From Planctomycetota bacterium (lineage in GTDB: Bacteria > Planctomycetota > UBA1135 > UBA2386), in assembly GCA_965223545.1 (NCBI GenBank), contig OZ245006.1:384001-448000 (forward strand): a stretch of 64,000 nt of DNA, in the 5' to 3' direction. Shown in pieces: positions 19,916 through 29,351 of the stretch. The notes under the pieces are model-generated. The model made no database searches. It was not told the DNA's origin and saw only the letters and a program-made list of their open reading frames with translations. Each line of letters starts with the position of its first letter. The first letter of the stretch is position 1. Position numbers and translations under genes: made by a program.

Positions 19916-21745
19916 TCAGTTGGTGCTCGACTGCTCGCCGCCGCCGAAGATCCGATCGTACTCGGCCTTCATCTGCTCGCGGCGCTCGCGCAGGATGCGG
20001 TCCAGGTTGTCCTGGACTTCCTCGGCGGTGCGGATGATCGACGGGGTCACGAACACCACCAAGTTGGTGCGCGCCTTCTGCGTCGACCGGCTCTTGAACA
20101 GCCACCCCAACAGCGGGATGTCGCCGAGCAGCGGCAGCTGGGTCACGGTCTCGCTGGTGCTGTCGGTGACCAAGCCACCCAGCACCGCCGTCTGCCCCGA
20201 GTGCAGCATGATCTTGGTGGCGATCGTGCTCGAGGCGATGCGCGGCAGGGCGATGCTGCCGGAGCCGCCCTGGGTGCCGGCGCCCACCGTGAACACGTCG
20301 AAGCCGGCCGGCGCCAGACTGGACTGGCCAGTGCCGGACAGCGAATCGGACTTCGGGATGATCTCCATGATCACCTGGTCGGTGCCCGGCACGATGTGCG
20401 GGATCACGAGCAGCTGGAAGCCGGTGCTCACCGGCGAGTTGGGCGCCTCCTCGACGACCAGGGTCAGACCGCCGGCCTGGCCCTGCTCGGCGCGCGCCTG
20501 CGCGTAGCGGATCGTCTCGCCGACGAAGATCGTCGCCTCCTGGTGGTCGAGCGCGATCAGCTTCGGCGCCTGGGTGATCTCCGCCGAGCTGTCACGGCGC
20601 AGCAGGCGCAGCGCCGCGGTGACCTGGGTGAAGTTGAGGGCGCCGTAGACCACGTCGGGGATCACGGTGTTGCCCGCGTTCAGCGCCTCGTCGGCGAACG
20701 GACCGATGCCGTTCGGCGCGGCGATCAGGTCGTCGTCGAAGCCACCGGCACCGAGGTTGAACGGCAGCCGCGTCGGGATCTGGCCGAGGCTCAGGCCCGC
20801 GGTCCAGCCGTTGTCGCCGACGTTGACGCCGTACTCGAGCAGGTCGTTGTTGGTCGTGGTGACGAAGGTGACGTCGATGAACACCTGGCCCGGCTCGACG
20901 TCGACGCTCTCGATGATCTTGGCCACCTGCTCGACGACGGGCTTGGTGTCCTTGATGATGATCACGTTGTTGGCGTCGAAGTACTCGAGCCGGCCGAGAT
21001 CGGGGGTCATCGTGCGCTCGAGCGCCTCCAGCAGGGCGAACGTCGCGCTCTCCTGCTGCATCTCGGTCGACACCTGCGGCCGCACGTACTGCGACGTCAG
21101 CATCGGCACGTAGGTCGAGCGCGGACGCACGTAGCGCAGCTGGAAGTGCCGCGTGACGGTGTCCTCCTTGAGGTTGCTCGGCGGGATGACGCGCAGGATG
21201 CCGCGGCCTTCCTCGACCACGACATAGCCCAGCGTCTTGACCGCCGCGTCCAGCGCATCCCGCCACGGGATGTTGCGCAACCGCAGCGTGATCGTGCCCT
21301 GCACCTCCGGCGCCACGACGATGTTGGCGCCCGAGATCTTGGCGATCGTGTCGATGACGTTCTGGATGTCGGCGTTCTCGAAGGCGAAGTAGACGCGCGG
21401 CGGCTTCTCGACCTTGAGCACGTTGCCGGCCTCCTCGACGACGACGCACTTGGCGGCCTCGGCGACCAGCTCGAGCGCCCGACGCCACGGCACATCCTTG
21501 AGGTCGATGGTCACCGTTTCGTCGATCTCGTCGTCGATGATGATGTTGGCACCCGCCTTGCGGCGAATGCTGTGCACCACGTCCGACAAGAGCCGGTCCT
21601 TGAGCCGCAGCGTCAGTAGCGTCTGCGAGCTGCCAGGAGCCTGCGACTCGACGCCGACGTCCTCGGACTGCGCGCTGAGCCTGGTGCCGGCCAACGCCAG
21701 CACGGAGGACAGAATCGTGACGGTCGTCCAGATCTTTGCCTGCAT
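19916..21745 (-). CDS. pilQ: Type IV pilus / T2SS secretin
   Basis: Signal peptide; N domains with VPWRRAL and IPWRDAL; secretin motifs GQTAVLGGL, LPLLGDIPLLGWLF, LVVFVTPSII. Confidence 0.9.
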   Translation of the reverse strand: MQAKIWTTVTILSSVLALAGTRLSAQSEDVGVESQAPGSSQTLLTLRLKDRLLSDVVHSIRRKAGANIIIDDEIDETVTIDLKDVPWRRALELVAEAAKCVVVEEAGNVLKVEKPPRVYFAFENADIQNVIDTIAKISGANIVVAPEVQGTITLRLRNIPWRDALDAAVKTLGYVVVEEGRGILRVIPPSNLKEDTVTRHFQLRYVRPRSTYVPMLTSQYVRPQVSTEMQQESATFALLEALERTMTPDLGRLEYFDANNVIIIKDTKPVVEQVAKIIESVDVEPGQVFIDVTFVTTTNNDLLEYGVNVGDNGWTAGLSLGQIPTRLPFNLGAGGFDDDLIAAPNGIGPFADEALNAGNTVIPDVVYGALNFTQVTAALRLLRRDSSAEITQAPKLIALDHQEATIFVGETIRYAQARAEQGQAGGLTLVVEEAPNSPVSTGFQLLVIPHIVPGTDQVIMEIIPKSDSLSGTGQSSLAPAGFDVFTVGAGTQGGSGSIALPRIASSTIATKIMLHSGQTAVLGGLVTDSTSETVTQLPLLGDIPLLGWLFKSRSTQKARTNLVVFVTPSIIRTAEEVQDNLDRILRERREQMKAEYDRIFGGGEQSSTN

Positions 21746-21980
21746 CTTGTTCCCGTTCCTGAGGGGTGAAGCCCTCGTTCGCCGCAGGTGTGATCGACCG
21801 GCACGCCGGCTCGTCTTGAACGCAAAAGCTCGTTCGCACGAAGATCTGAGCGCAAGGCGCATGGCATCCGTCCAGCGCGGAGCGGCCATCGGCCGCGGAC
21901 GGCAGCGCAACGCGCAACACGCTGCGGGTGCGGCTCGACCCCCTGGGGAGCGCACCAGACGGCACCCGCGACCCCGTAGT

Positions 21981-22379
21981 GAGCCTCCGGCGCCTCGAAT
22001 CTTCGAGCTTCGACAACATTTTCGAGGCGACGTCGCTGCCATGGCAACGTCGCCGCGGCGCCGGAGGCTCGGAGAGACAGTGCCTCCTGGCTCAGCGCGG
22101 CGGCGGATGGGTCGGGCCTTCCAAGCCGCTCCGGGAAAAGCGGCATCCGAGTTTGGTTGCGGCCGTGGCCGCGCTGAGCCTCGGGGTCCGCAAATCTTCG
22201 CGCGGCGACAACCTTTCGGAAGGCTCGATGCCGCTGGAACTTCGACAACGCAGCTCCCGGAGGCTCGAAGACAACACTGGCCTCTGGGCTCAGCGCGGCC
22301 GCCGGCGACCGCCGGACCCGCGACCGACGCTCGGGTCGCGGAATGCTCCGTGTTTGTTTGCGGCCTCGGCCGCGTTGAG
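21981..22379. repeat. Two imperfect 195-bp tandem copies, each with two long inverted-repeat stems
   Basis: Units start GAGCCTC at 21981 and 22176; stems 21981-21994/22057-22070, 22089-22101/22168-22180, 22176-22186/22256-22266, 22289-22301/22367-22379. Confidence 0.8.
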
Positions 22380-22401
22380 GGTCAGGCGGGTGCAAACCGC
22401 A

Positions 22402-23814
22402 TCACAGGATGCGGACGACCGTGAAGCCCTTGTAGACGAACTCGATCCGGTCGTTGTCGACCCGCTTCAGCAGCAGGTTGTTGTCGACGTACTCGCCTTC
22501 TTGATAGACGATGCCGTTGAGGATCACGCCCGAGCGGCCGACGTCGGTGACGCACATGCCGGAGATGTCGAGCTTGAGCGCCGAGAACTCGCGCGCCAGC
22601 TTGGCGCGCAGGTAGACGCCTTCGATCGCCAACCGGAGCTCGTGGCGCGGGTCGTCCTCGGGCACCGACAGCTTGTCGCGGATCGTATCGCAACGGTCGA
22701 TGGCCGTGCCCATGTCACCTGCGCTGAGGTCGCTGCGCATCGCCGCCAGCAGGTCCTTCATCTCGGACTCCGGCAGCCAGCGGTCGGCGTCCGGGCCGCC
22801 CACGGCCGTCGCGTGCTGGCGCAGCCGCCCCAGCGGCTCGAGCACCTCGCGACCCCACGCCACCTTGATCGGCGTGTGGGTGATGTAGCCCTTGGTCTGC
22901 ATCTCGTCGACTTCCTCGCCGACGACGCCGAGCTTCTCACGCAGCTCGCGCTCCAGCGCGTAGCGCTCGAAGATGGTGATGGTGTCGTCCTGCAGGCGCT
23001 CGTGCACCTTGAGGCACTCGGCGACCTTGGCCCGCACCCGCTCGAGGATGCGCTGCTGATCGCGCGGCGACGGACCGGTGCGGTCCCCGCTCTGCGCCAG
23101 GCTGCTCTCGCGCGGGTCGACGAAGATGTCGCGACGTCCACGGCGGCCCTGGTAGCGGAAGCCATCGCTGACCACCGTCTGCCGCGCCTCGTAGATCTCT
23201 TCCTGCAGCTTCTCGACCTTGTTCTCGTAGTTGGGGATCTCGACGTCCTTGCCGGTCGACTTGCCGCTGTAGACGTAGGTCTCCACCGTCATCGAGATGG
23301 TGTGCACCGCGTCGGCACCGTTGCGCGACACGCCGGCGGCGATGTTGAAGTCGGTCACCTGGGCGAACCGCTCCCAGTTCTCGAAGAAGCTCGCGAACTG
23401 CAAGAACTGCCACACCGTGCCGGTCAGCTCGAACTTGTAGGTGTAGCGGGCGAACGCGCTGCCCTTGCTGGCGGACGCCTCGCGCCCCGGCAAGAACTGC
23501 TTCATGTTGACGCCCGACTGCGCAACGAAGTCCTGCGTGATGCGCAGGAAGTCGTTCACCTCCTGCGCCTCTGGCAGGATCTTGACGTACTCCAGCAGGT
23601 TCTCGCGCAGCACGATGACGTCCTGCTCGACCGCCGCGATCTTCTCGATCTTGGATTCCGCCTCGCGGATCTTGGTCCGCAGGTCGGCGATCACCAGCTG
23701 CTTCTCTTCGACCTTGCCCTTGGCCCACCACACGCCACCGCCGCCGGCGCCGCACAGCAGCGTCACGACACCGGCGATCAAGCCGAGCTTCTTGCCGTCT
23801 GAAAGTCTGCGCAT
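22402..23814 (-). CDS. pilO: PilO-like protein with a long C-terminal extension ending in a PilP/GspB-like domain
   Basis: TM, coiled coil, ILPEAQEV, GTVWQFLQF; RRDIFVDP; C-terminal VILNGIVYQEGE; lies between pilN and pilQ. Confidence 0.75.
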   Translation of the reverse strand: MRRLSDGKKLGLIAGVVTLLCGAGGGGVWWAKGKVEEKQLVIADLRTKIREAESKIEKIAAVEQDVIVLRENLLEYVKILPEAQEVNDFLRITQDFVAQSGVNMKQFLPGREASASKGSAFARYTYKFELTGTVWQFLQFASFFENWERFAQVTDFNIAAGVSRNGADAVHTISMTVETYVYSGKSTGKDVEIPNYENKVEKLQEEIYEARQTVVSDGFRYQGRRGRRDIFVDPRESSLAQSGDRTGPSPRDQQRILERVRAKVAECLKVHERLQDDTITIFERYALERELREKLGVVGEEVDEMQTKGYITHTPIKVAWGREVLEPLGRLRQHATAVGGPDADRWLPESEMKDLLAAMRSDLSAGDMGTAIDRCDTIRDKLSVPEDDPRHELRLAIEGVYLRAKLAREFSALKLDISGMCVTDVGRSGVILNGIVYQEGEYVDNNLLLKRVDNDRIEFVYKGFTVVRIL

Positions 23815-23817
23815 GAC

Positions 23818-24465
23818 TTAGTCCTTCTTGGCCCCGGCCTTCTTGTTCTTCTGCCACTTGGACGTCGGGTGGAACGTCCAGCTCATGTTGAAGAACTGTG
23901 ACTGCGGCGGAACCATCTTGGCGTTGGTCTCCAACACACCACTCGGCGCGCTCTTGCTGCGCACGTCCTTGAAGAACTCGGCGTTCTCCAGGTCCTCGTG
24001 GAAGTCGGCGACCTTGTCCATGGTGCTGCCCTGCACCCAGCCCGGCATGTTGACGGTCGGTCCGACCCTGGCGTTGCCGGCCTTGACGCTGATGCCGCGG
24101 AACCAGCCCACGTGGCGCTCCGAGTTGCCCTCGTTGTTCACCACGTCGAACAGCTCGTCGATGATCTTGGTCCACAAGATCCGCGACTGGCCGATCGACT
24201 GGATCGTGCGCGAGCGGTTCTCGTAGTCCTTCTTTTCCTTCTGCAGGTCGTTGAAGTAGGCGACCTGCTTCTGCTTGTTGGTCAGATCTTCGTTGACCGC
24301 GATCTCCTCGACCTCGAGGTTGCCGAGCTCGCCGAAGTAGACGAAACCGAACCAGCCCACCGAGGAGCACACCAAGATCACGCCGACCACGAGGGCTGCG
24401 AAGATCTTCGGCGACGTGCGCTCGGCGCGCCGGTACTGTTCAGGAAGTAGGTTGATCCGAATCAT
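23818..24465 (-). CDS. pilN: Type IV pilus assembly protein PilN
   Basis: N-terminal IRINLLP motif, TM helix, coiled coil. Confidence 0.88.
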   Translation of the reverse strand: MIRINLLPEQYRRAERTSPKIFAALVVGVILVCSSVGWFGFVYFGELGNLEVEEIAVNEDLTNKQKQVAYFNDLQKEKKDYENRSRTIQSIGQSRILWTKIIDELFDVVNNEGNSERHVGWFRGISVKAGNARVGPTVNMPGWVQGSTMDKVADFHEDLENAEFFKDVRSKSAPSGVLETNAKMVPPQSQFFNMSWTFHPTSKWQKNKKAGAKKD

Positions 24466-24476
24466 GCCTGCTCACC

Positions 24477-25505
24477 TCATCCCATGGTCGCCAAGCCAAC
24501 GCACACCGCGAGCTGTGGCGCCGAGCGGTTGAGCGCGTCGATGTCGACGTTGTCCGACTTGACCTTCAAGCCCTCGATCGGGTTCCAGACGCGCGTCTTC
24601 TTCTCGAAGATCTTCTCCAAGCTCTCCTCGAGGAACGGCAGCAGCACGGAGCCGCCCGAGAGGTGCACTTCCTGCACCTCGCCGTCGAACTGGTTCTCGA
24701 AGAAGTCGAACGACAGGTTGATCTCGTTGCCGAGATCGTCGAGCACGGCGCCCACCGCGTCCTGCAGCTCGACCAGCTGATCCTGCGGATCGCGCTTCAT
24801 CGCCTCGGCCTCGTAGGCCTCGAGGCCGAAGCGGCGGGTCACCGCGTTGGTCAGGTCCTGGCCACCCATCGGCACCTCGCGCGCGAAGTAGGTGACGTTG
24901 TTGCGCATGATGTTGATGCAGGACTTGACCGAACCGATGTCGATCAACGCGACGGTGTGGTCGCTCTCCTGCAGGCCCGGGCTGACGATGTCGTTCAGCT
25001 CATAAGCGTTGCCGATGGCGAAGCTGTCGACACCCACCGACACCGGCTGCAGGCTCAGGTCCTGCAGCATCTGCGCCTGATCGTCGAGCAGCGAGCGCTT
25101 GGCGGCGACCAGCAGTACCTTGACCTCGTCCTGGCCGCCCTCTTCGGCGGCCGGCAGGTCCATCAGCTTCTGCGTGTCGATCTGCACGTCGTCGACTTCG
25201 AAGGGGATGTACTTGTCCGCCTCGAAGCGCACCGCGTTGGCCAGATCGTCGTCCGACATCTGCACCATGTTGACGAAGCGGAAGATCACGGACTTGCCGC
25301 TGACCGCCGTCGCCACGCGCTTGGTGCGGAATCCCGCCGACTTGAACAGGTCGGAGATCGCATCGCGCCGGGCCTGCTCTCCCGGGACGTCGATTTGGCC
25401 GTAGGCCGTGATGATGAAGTCGTACTTGTCCTGGGTCAGCTCGATCGCCTTGATCGAGCTGGTCCCGATATCCAAGCCAACAATGCTCTTGCGCTGCTTG
25501 AGCAT
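24477..25505 (-). CDS. pilM: Type IV pilus assembly protein PilM
   Basis: VGLDIGTSSIK, EADKYIPF, LIDIGS, LSGGS, LAVCVGLA. Confidence 0.93.
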   Translation of the reverse strand: MLKQRKSIVGLDIGTSSIKAIELTQDKYDFIITAYGQIDVPGEQARRDAISDLFKSAGFRTKRVATAVSGKSVIFRFVNMVQMSDDDLANAVRFEADKYIPFEVDDVQIDTQKLMDLPAAEEGGQDEVKVLLVAAKRSLLDDQAQMLQDLSLQPVSVGVDSFAIGNAYELNDIVSPGLQESDHTVALIDIGSVKSCINIMRNNVTYFAREVPMGGQDLTNAVTRRFGLEAYEAEAMKRDPQDQLVELQDAVGAVLDDLGNEINLSFDFFENQFDGEVQEVHLSGGSVLLPFLEESLEKIFEKKTRVWNPIEGLKVKSDNVDIDALNRSAPQLAVCVGLATMG

Positions 25506-25525
25506 GCTTCTTCCCTCGGCCGATG

Positions 25526-25541
25526 TGCAGCCAACGTGCCA
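25526..25541 (-). promoter_or_regulatory. Sigma54 (-24/-12) promoter upstream of pilM
   Basis: TGGCACGTTGGCTGCA against consensus TGGCACG-N4-TTGCW, ending 20 nt before the pilM ATG. Confidence 0.6.
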
Positions 25542-25740
25542 CGGGCCCGTCACGCGGGGCCCACACGCCACCTATCGGCCGGCGGCCCCTGGCGAATTGA
25601 GTGCCGGCGAACGCGGCGCCCCGTCGACCCGCGCGGTGGGGCTCCGCCAGCCCGCCGACCACACCGACGACTGCTCCAAAACCGCACACCCGGGGGCGGA
25701 GGCACGGTCCCGATTCGGGACGGCGCCGCCTGGGCGCGAG

Positions 25741-26028
25741 TCACTCCTCGCCGAACGAGGCCTCGACCAGCTCGCGCAGGGCGCGCAGCTGGGCTTCGCA
25801 GTCGGGGCCCTCGGCCTCGAGCTCGAGGGTGGCGCCGCACTCGGCCGCCAGCATCATCACGCCCATGATCGACTTGCCGTCGACGGGCTCGCCGCCGTCG
25901 CGGCGCACCGACAGCCGGCTGGCGTAGGCGTTCGCCGTCTGTACCCACAGGTGCGCAGGCCGGGCGTGCAGGCCGTGCTTGTTGCGCAGCGTCAGCGACA
26001 GCTGGCAGGTCTGCGGCTGCGCGCTCAT
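25741..26028 (-). CDS. ptsH: HPr family phosphocarrier protein
   Basis: GLHARPA (His15) and DGKSIMGVMML (Ser46). Confidence 0.95.
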   Translation of the reverse strand: MSAQPQTCQLSLTLRNKHGLHARPAHLWVQTANAYASRLSVRRDGGEPVDGKSIMGVMMLAAECGATLELEAEGPDCEAQLRALRELVEASFGEE

Positions 26029-26489
26029 TCGGGCGAGCTCATCTCGCGCAGCAGCTCGCGCATCTCGTCGGCGCCGGCGGCGGCCTGCACGAAACGGCGA
26101 AAATCGGCATTGCGCGCCAGCGACGACACCCAGCGCAGGATCTCCAGGTGCTCGGTCGACGGCTCGGCCGGGCCGACGAGAAAGAAGATCGTGTGCACCG
26201 GCTGGCCGTCGATCGCGTCGTATTCCAGGCCCTGCGGTGACCGTGCGAGGGCGAGCACCAGCTGATCGACCGCGGCGGTCTTGACGTGCGGCACGGCGAC
26301 GCCGTTGCCGATCCCGGTCGTGCCGAGCTCCTCGCGCCGGTGGATCAGCGCGCAGACCTCGTCGCGGGCCGCGGCGGGGATTCCACCGCCCTCAACCAGG
26401 CCGGCGACGACCTCTTCCAGGGCAGCCGCCTTGGTCTCGGCCTGTAGACCGGGCAACAGGGTTGCCGCATCGATCAGCGCGTCGTGCAT
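26025..26489 (-). CDS. ptsN: PTS EIIA (Ntr/Fru type)
   Basis: REELGTTGIGNGVAVPH, IDGQPVH. Confidence 0.9.
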   Translation of the reverse strand: MHDALIDAATLLPGLQAETKAAALEEVVAGLVEGGGIPAAARDEVCALIHRREELGTTGIGNGVAVPHVKTAAVDQLVLALARSPQGLEYDAIDGQPVHTIFFLVGPAEPSTEHLEILRWVSSLARNADFRRFVQAAAGADEMRELLREMSSPE

Positions 26490-26538
26490 CTCACTCGGAA
26501 CGAAGGGCGCGACATGAAGCCCGATGTCGGCAACAGGA

Positions 26539-26943
26539 TCAAGTGAGATCTCGACGCACCACGTCGTCGTAGGTCTCCTCCGACGCCTCGTCGGCGGGCA
26601 CCGGCTCGTCGATATCGGAGGCCCCGTGGCCCCGGTGGTGGTCCTTGCGCCGCTCGTTGTTCTTCTTCAGCTGGCGCTCCATCTTGTCCACGAGCAGATC
26701 CACCGCCGACTTGAAGTGCTCGCGGTGCTCCCTCGCAACCAGGGTTGCGCCGGAGTCGACGTGGATCAAGAGCTCCACCGACGGCTCCTCGTGGGCACCG
26801 TCGATCACCAGGTGGATGCGCGAGATCCGGTTGTGGAACCGCGTGAGGCGCCCGACCTTGTCGGTGGCATAGGCGCGCATGCGGTCGGACAACGGCTCGT
26901 GTCGGCTGGTGATCTCGATCGGGACGTCTCGGTTCTCGTGCAT
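26539..26943 (-). CDS. hpf: Ribosome hibernation promoting factor
   Basis: IEITSRH, RAYATDKV, AVDLLVDKMERQLKK. Confidence 0.9.
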   Translation of the reverse strand: MHENRDVPIEITSRHEPLSDRMRAYATDKVGRLTRFHNRISRIHLVIDGAHEEPSVELLIHVDSGATLVAREHREHFKSAVDLLVDKMERQLKKNNERRKDHHRGHGASDIDEPVPADEASEETYDDVVRRDLT

Positions 26944-27044
26944 CGGATTCCACTCGGCCCAGCGGGCCGCCAACGAAAGACTGAACTTCGCCCGGCCGGC
27001 GAAAGCGCCACCGCGGCGGAGATCGGTGCGAGAGGGGAACGCCA

Positions 27045-27833
27045 TCATAGCGCAGCGCCGCTGGGGCTCCCGGCGCGGTTTCCACCGCGCCGCGCGTACA
27101 GCACGCGCACCAAGAACAGCCCGCCGGGCTCGAGCGTCGGCCCCGCAGCGGCGCGGTCGCGGGCGGCGAGGATCTGCGGTGCGGCCTCGGCACGCAGCTT
27201 GCCCGAACCGACGTCGCGCAGCGTTCCCGCCATGGTACGGACCATGTTGTACAAGAAGCCGTCGCCCTGGACCATGACGTCGACGCCGTGCGGCCGCCGC
27301 ATCACGTGCAAGTGGTGCACCGTGCGCACCGTGCCACGGGTGCGCCGGTAGCCCGGGTTGCTGGCGAACGAGGCGAAGTCGTGCCGGCCGACGAGCGCGC
27401 GCGCGGCCGCGCGCATGGCGCGCACGTCGAGCGGCCGGCGACACCAGTGGTGGAACGGCACCCCCACCACCGGTCGCACCGGCGCGACCACGAACCGATA
27501 GACGTAGCGCTTGGCCACCGCCGAGAACCGCGCGTGGAACTCCGGCGCCTCGGGGCGCACCCGCAGCACCGCGATGTCGCGCGGCAGGTTGCCGTTGAGC
27601 GCGCTGCGCAGGACGTCGGGCTCCCACGCCGCCGGCAAGCGCGCGTGCGCCGCTTGGCCGAGGGCGTGCACACCGGCGTCGGTGCGCCCCGCGCCGTGCA
27701 CCGCGATCGACTCGCCGGTCAGCACGGTGACCGCCTCCTCCAGCCGCTCTTGCACGGTGTCGAAACCGTCCTGGCGCTGCCACCCTGAGTAGGCGCTGCC
27801 GTCGTAGGCGATGACCAGGCGATAGGTGTACAT
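27045..27833 (-). CDS. truA: tRNA pseudouridine(38-40) synthase
   Basis: YDGSAYSGWQ, AGRTDAGVHA, FHARFSA, FLYNMVR. Confidence 0.96.
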   Translation of the reverse strand: MYTYRLVIAYDGSAYSGWQRQDGFDTVQERLEEAVTVLTGESIAVHGAGRTDAGVHALGQAAHARLPAAWEPDVLRSALNGNLPRDIAVLRVRPEAPEFHARFSAVAKRYVYRFVVAPVRPVVGVPFHHWCRRPLDVRAMRAAARALVGRHDFASFASNPGYRRTRGTVRTVHHLHVMRRPHGVDVMVQGDGFLYNMVRTMAGTLRDVGSGKLRAEAAPQILAARDRAAAGPTLEPGGLFLVRVLYARRGGNRAGSPSGAAL

Positions 27834-27945
27834 GGGGAGCGGCGGTGGCAGCGGGACCGACACTCGATCCCTCGCCGAGAATCTGCGCGCGACGCCGCCG
27901 TTTGGCAAGCCAAAGGCCGCGGCCCCCGCTGCACCGCCGGGCTCG

Positions 27946-29253
27946 TCATTGCCGCCGTTGCCACATCGCCGGAATGCCGAGCTCGCCGCGGTATTTCGCG
28001 ATCGTGCGCCGCGCCACCGACAGGCCGCCGTCGGCCAGCCGGCGCACCAAGTCCTCGTCCGACAGCGGGTGCTGCGGATCCTCGCCGGCGATCAGCTCGG
28101 CGATGCGCTGCGCCACGCTGCGGCGGCCGCTCCGGCCGCCGGCTGCCCGACCGCCGTCGAAGAACGCGCGCAGCGGATACACGCCGCGCGCCGTCGCCAC
28201 GTTCTTGCCGGCGACCGCTCGGCTGACCGTGGAGGGGTGCAGGTCGAGGGAATCGGCGATCTCGGCCATGCGCAGCGGCCGGATCGCGGCCTCGCCGTGC
28301 GTCAAGAACGCGCGCTGGTGCTGCATCACCGCCGCCGCCACCCGCGCCAGGGTGCGCTGGCGCTGCTCGAGCGCGGTCAGCAGCCCGCGCGCCGCCTCGA
28401 TCTTGTCCCGCAGGTAGCGGCGCACGTCGGTCTTGCACTCGCGGTCGGCGGCCATCGCGCGGTAGTCCTCGTTGATCCAGAGATCGGGCAGTGAGGCGTC
28501 ATCGACTCGCACCTCGAGCTCGCCGTCGAATTCTTCGACGACCACGTCGGCGTGCAGCGCGGGCTCCACCGACTGCGCGAACTCGGCCGCGGGCACCGGG
28601 CGCAGGCCGCGGACGCGATCCACCAGCCGCTCGACCCGCGCGACGTCGCAGCCCAGGGCCCGCGCCACGGCGGTGAACCGGCGGCGCGCCACGTCGCGCA
28701 GCTGCTCGGTCAACAGGCGTTCGATGTCGGCGCGGTCGGGATCCGCCGCCGGCACCTGCAGCAGCAGAGCCTCCACCGCGTCCCGCGCACCGACGCCGCG
28801 CGGCTCCAGCGAGCGCAGCACCGCGAGGGCTTCCTCCAGGACGTCGCCGCCGACCAGCTCGGCGAGCTCCTGGTCGCTGGCCTGCAGGAGACCGCGGTCG
28901 TCCAGCTGCCCGGCGAGGAGCAGGACCGCGTGCTCGAGCCCAGGAGGCAGCTGCGCCCACGCGATCTGCGCGCGCAGGTGGTCGACCAGCGTCGGCGGCG
29001 GCCCCGCCACCGCGTGCAGCCAATCGGCCGCCCCATCGGCGTCACCCCCGCCGCCGCGGCCCGGGGCACGGTCGGCCGGCGCCGCCGCGCGCCGCGCGCC
29101 CACCTCCAAGACCTCGTTGGTTTCGAGCTCCCGCGCGATCGCCGCCTCGAGCTCGACCGCCGCCATGCGCAGGATCTCGATGGACTGCAGCATCTTCGGC
29201 GCCAGCGCCAGCCGCTGCTCCTGGCGTTGGGCGAGACCGGTCCACGATTGCAT
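27946..29253 (-). CDS. rpoN: RNA polymerase sigma-54 factor
   Basis: Gln/Leu-rich region I, LHPSTVSRA HTH, RpoN box ARRTIAKYR. Confidence 0.95.
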   Translation of the reverse strand: MQSWTGLAQRQEQRLALAPKMLQSIEILRMAAVELEAAIARELETNEVLEVGARRAAAPADRAPGRGGGGDADGAADWLHAVAGPPPTLVDHLRAQIAWAQLPPGLEHAVLLLAGQLDDRGLLQASDQELAELVGGDVLEEALAVLRSLEPRGVGARDAVEALLLQVPAADPDRADIERLLTEQLRDVARRRFTAVARALGCDVARVERLVDRVRGLRPVPAAEFAQSVEPALHADVVVEEFDGELEVRVDDASLPDLWINEDYRAMAADRECKTDVRRYLRDKIEAARGLLTALEQRQRTLARVAAAVMQHQRAFLTHGEAAIRPLRMAEIADSLDLHPSTVSRAVAGKNVATARGVYPLRAFFDGGRAAGGRSGRRSVAQRIAELIAGEDPQHPLSDEDLVRRLADGGLSVARRTIAKYRGELGIPAMWQRRQ

Positions 29254-29351
29254 GCGTGCCGGAACTTCGACGCCGGGAGGGTGCTGCTTGAGGCGCGGGG
29301 CGGGCGATGTCCAAAGTCGCAACAGCGGGGCGTCGCTGGGCGCGGCAAACG

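Noticed and set aside
21981..22379. Tandem c-di-GMP-I riboswitches
   Set aside because: GCAAAC and GCCTCCGG occur, but the GNRA/receptor arrangement and spacing do not fit.
21613..22395. 260-aa ORF over the tandem repeat as a real gene
   Set aside because: It overlaps the pilQ start out of frame and has no clear RBS; conservation follows base-paired stems. Not fully excluded, because the period is a multiple of 3.
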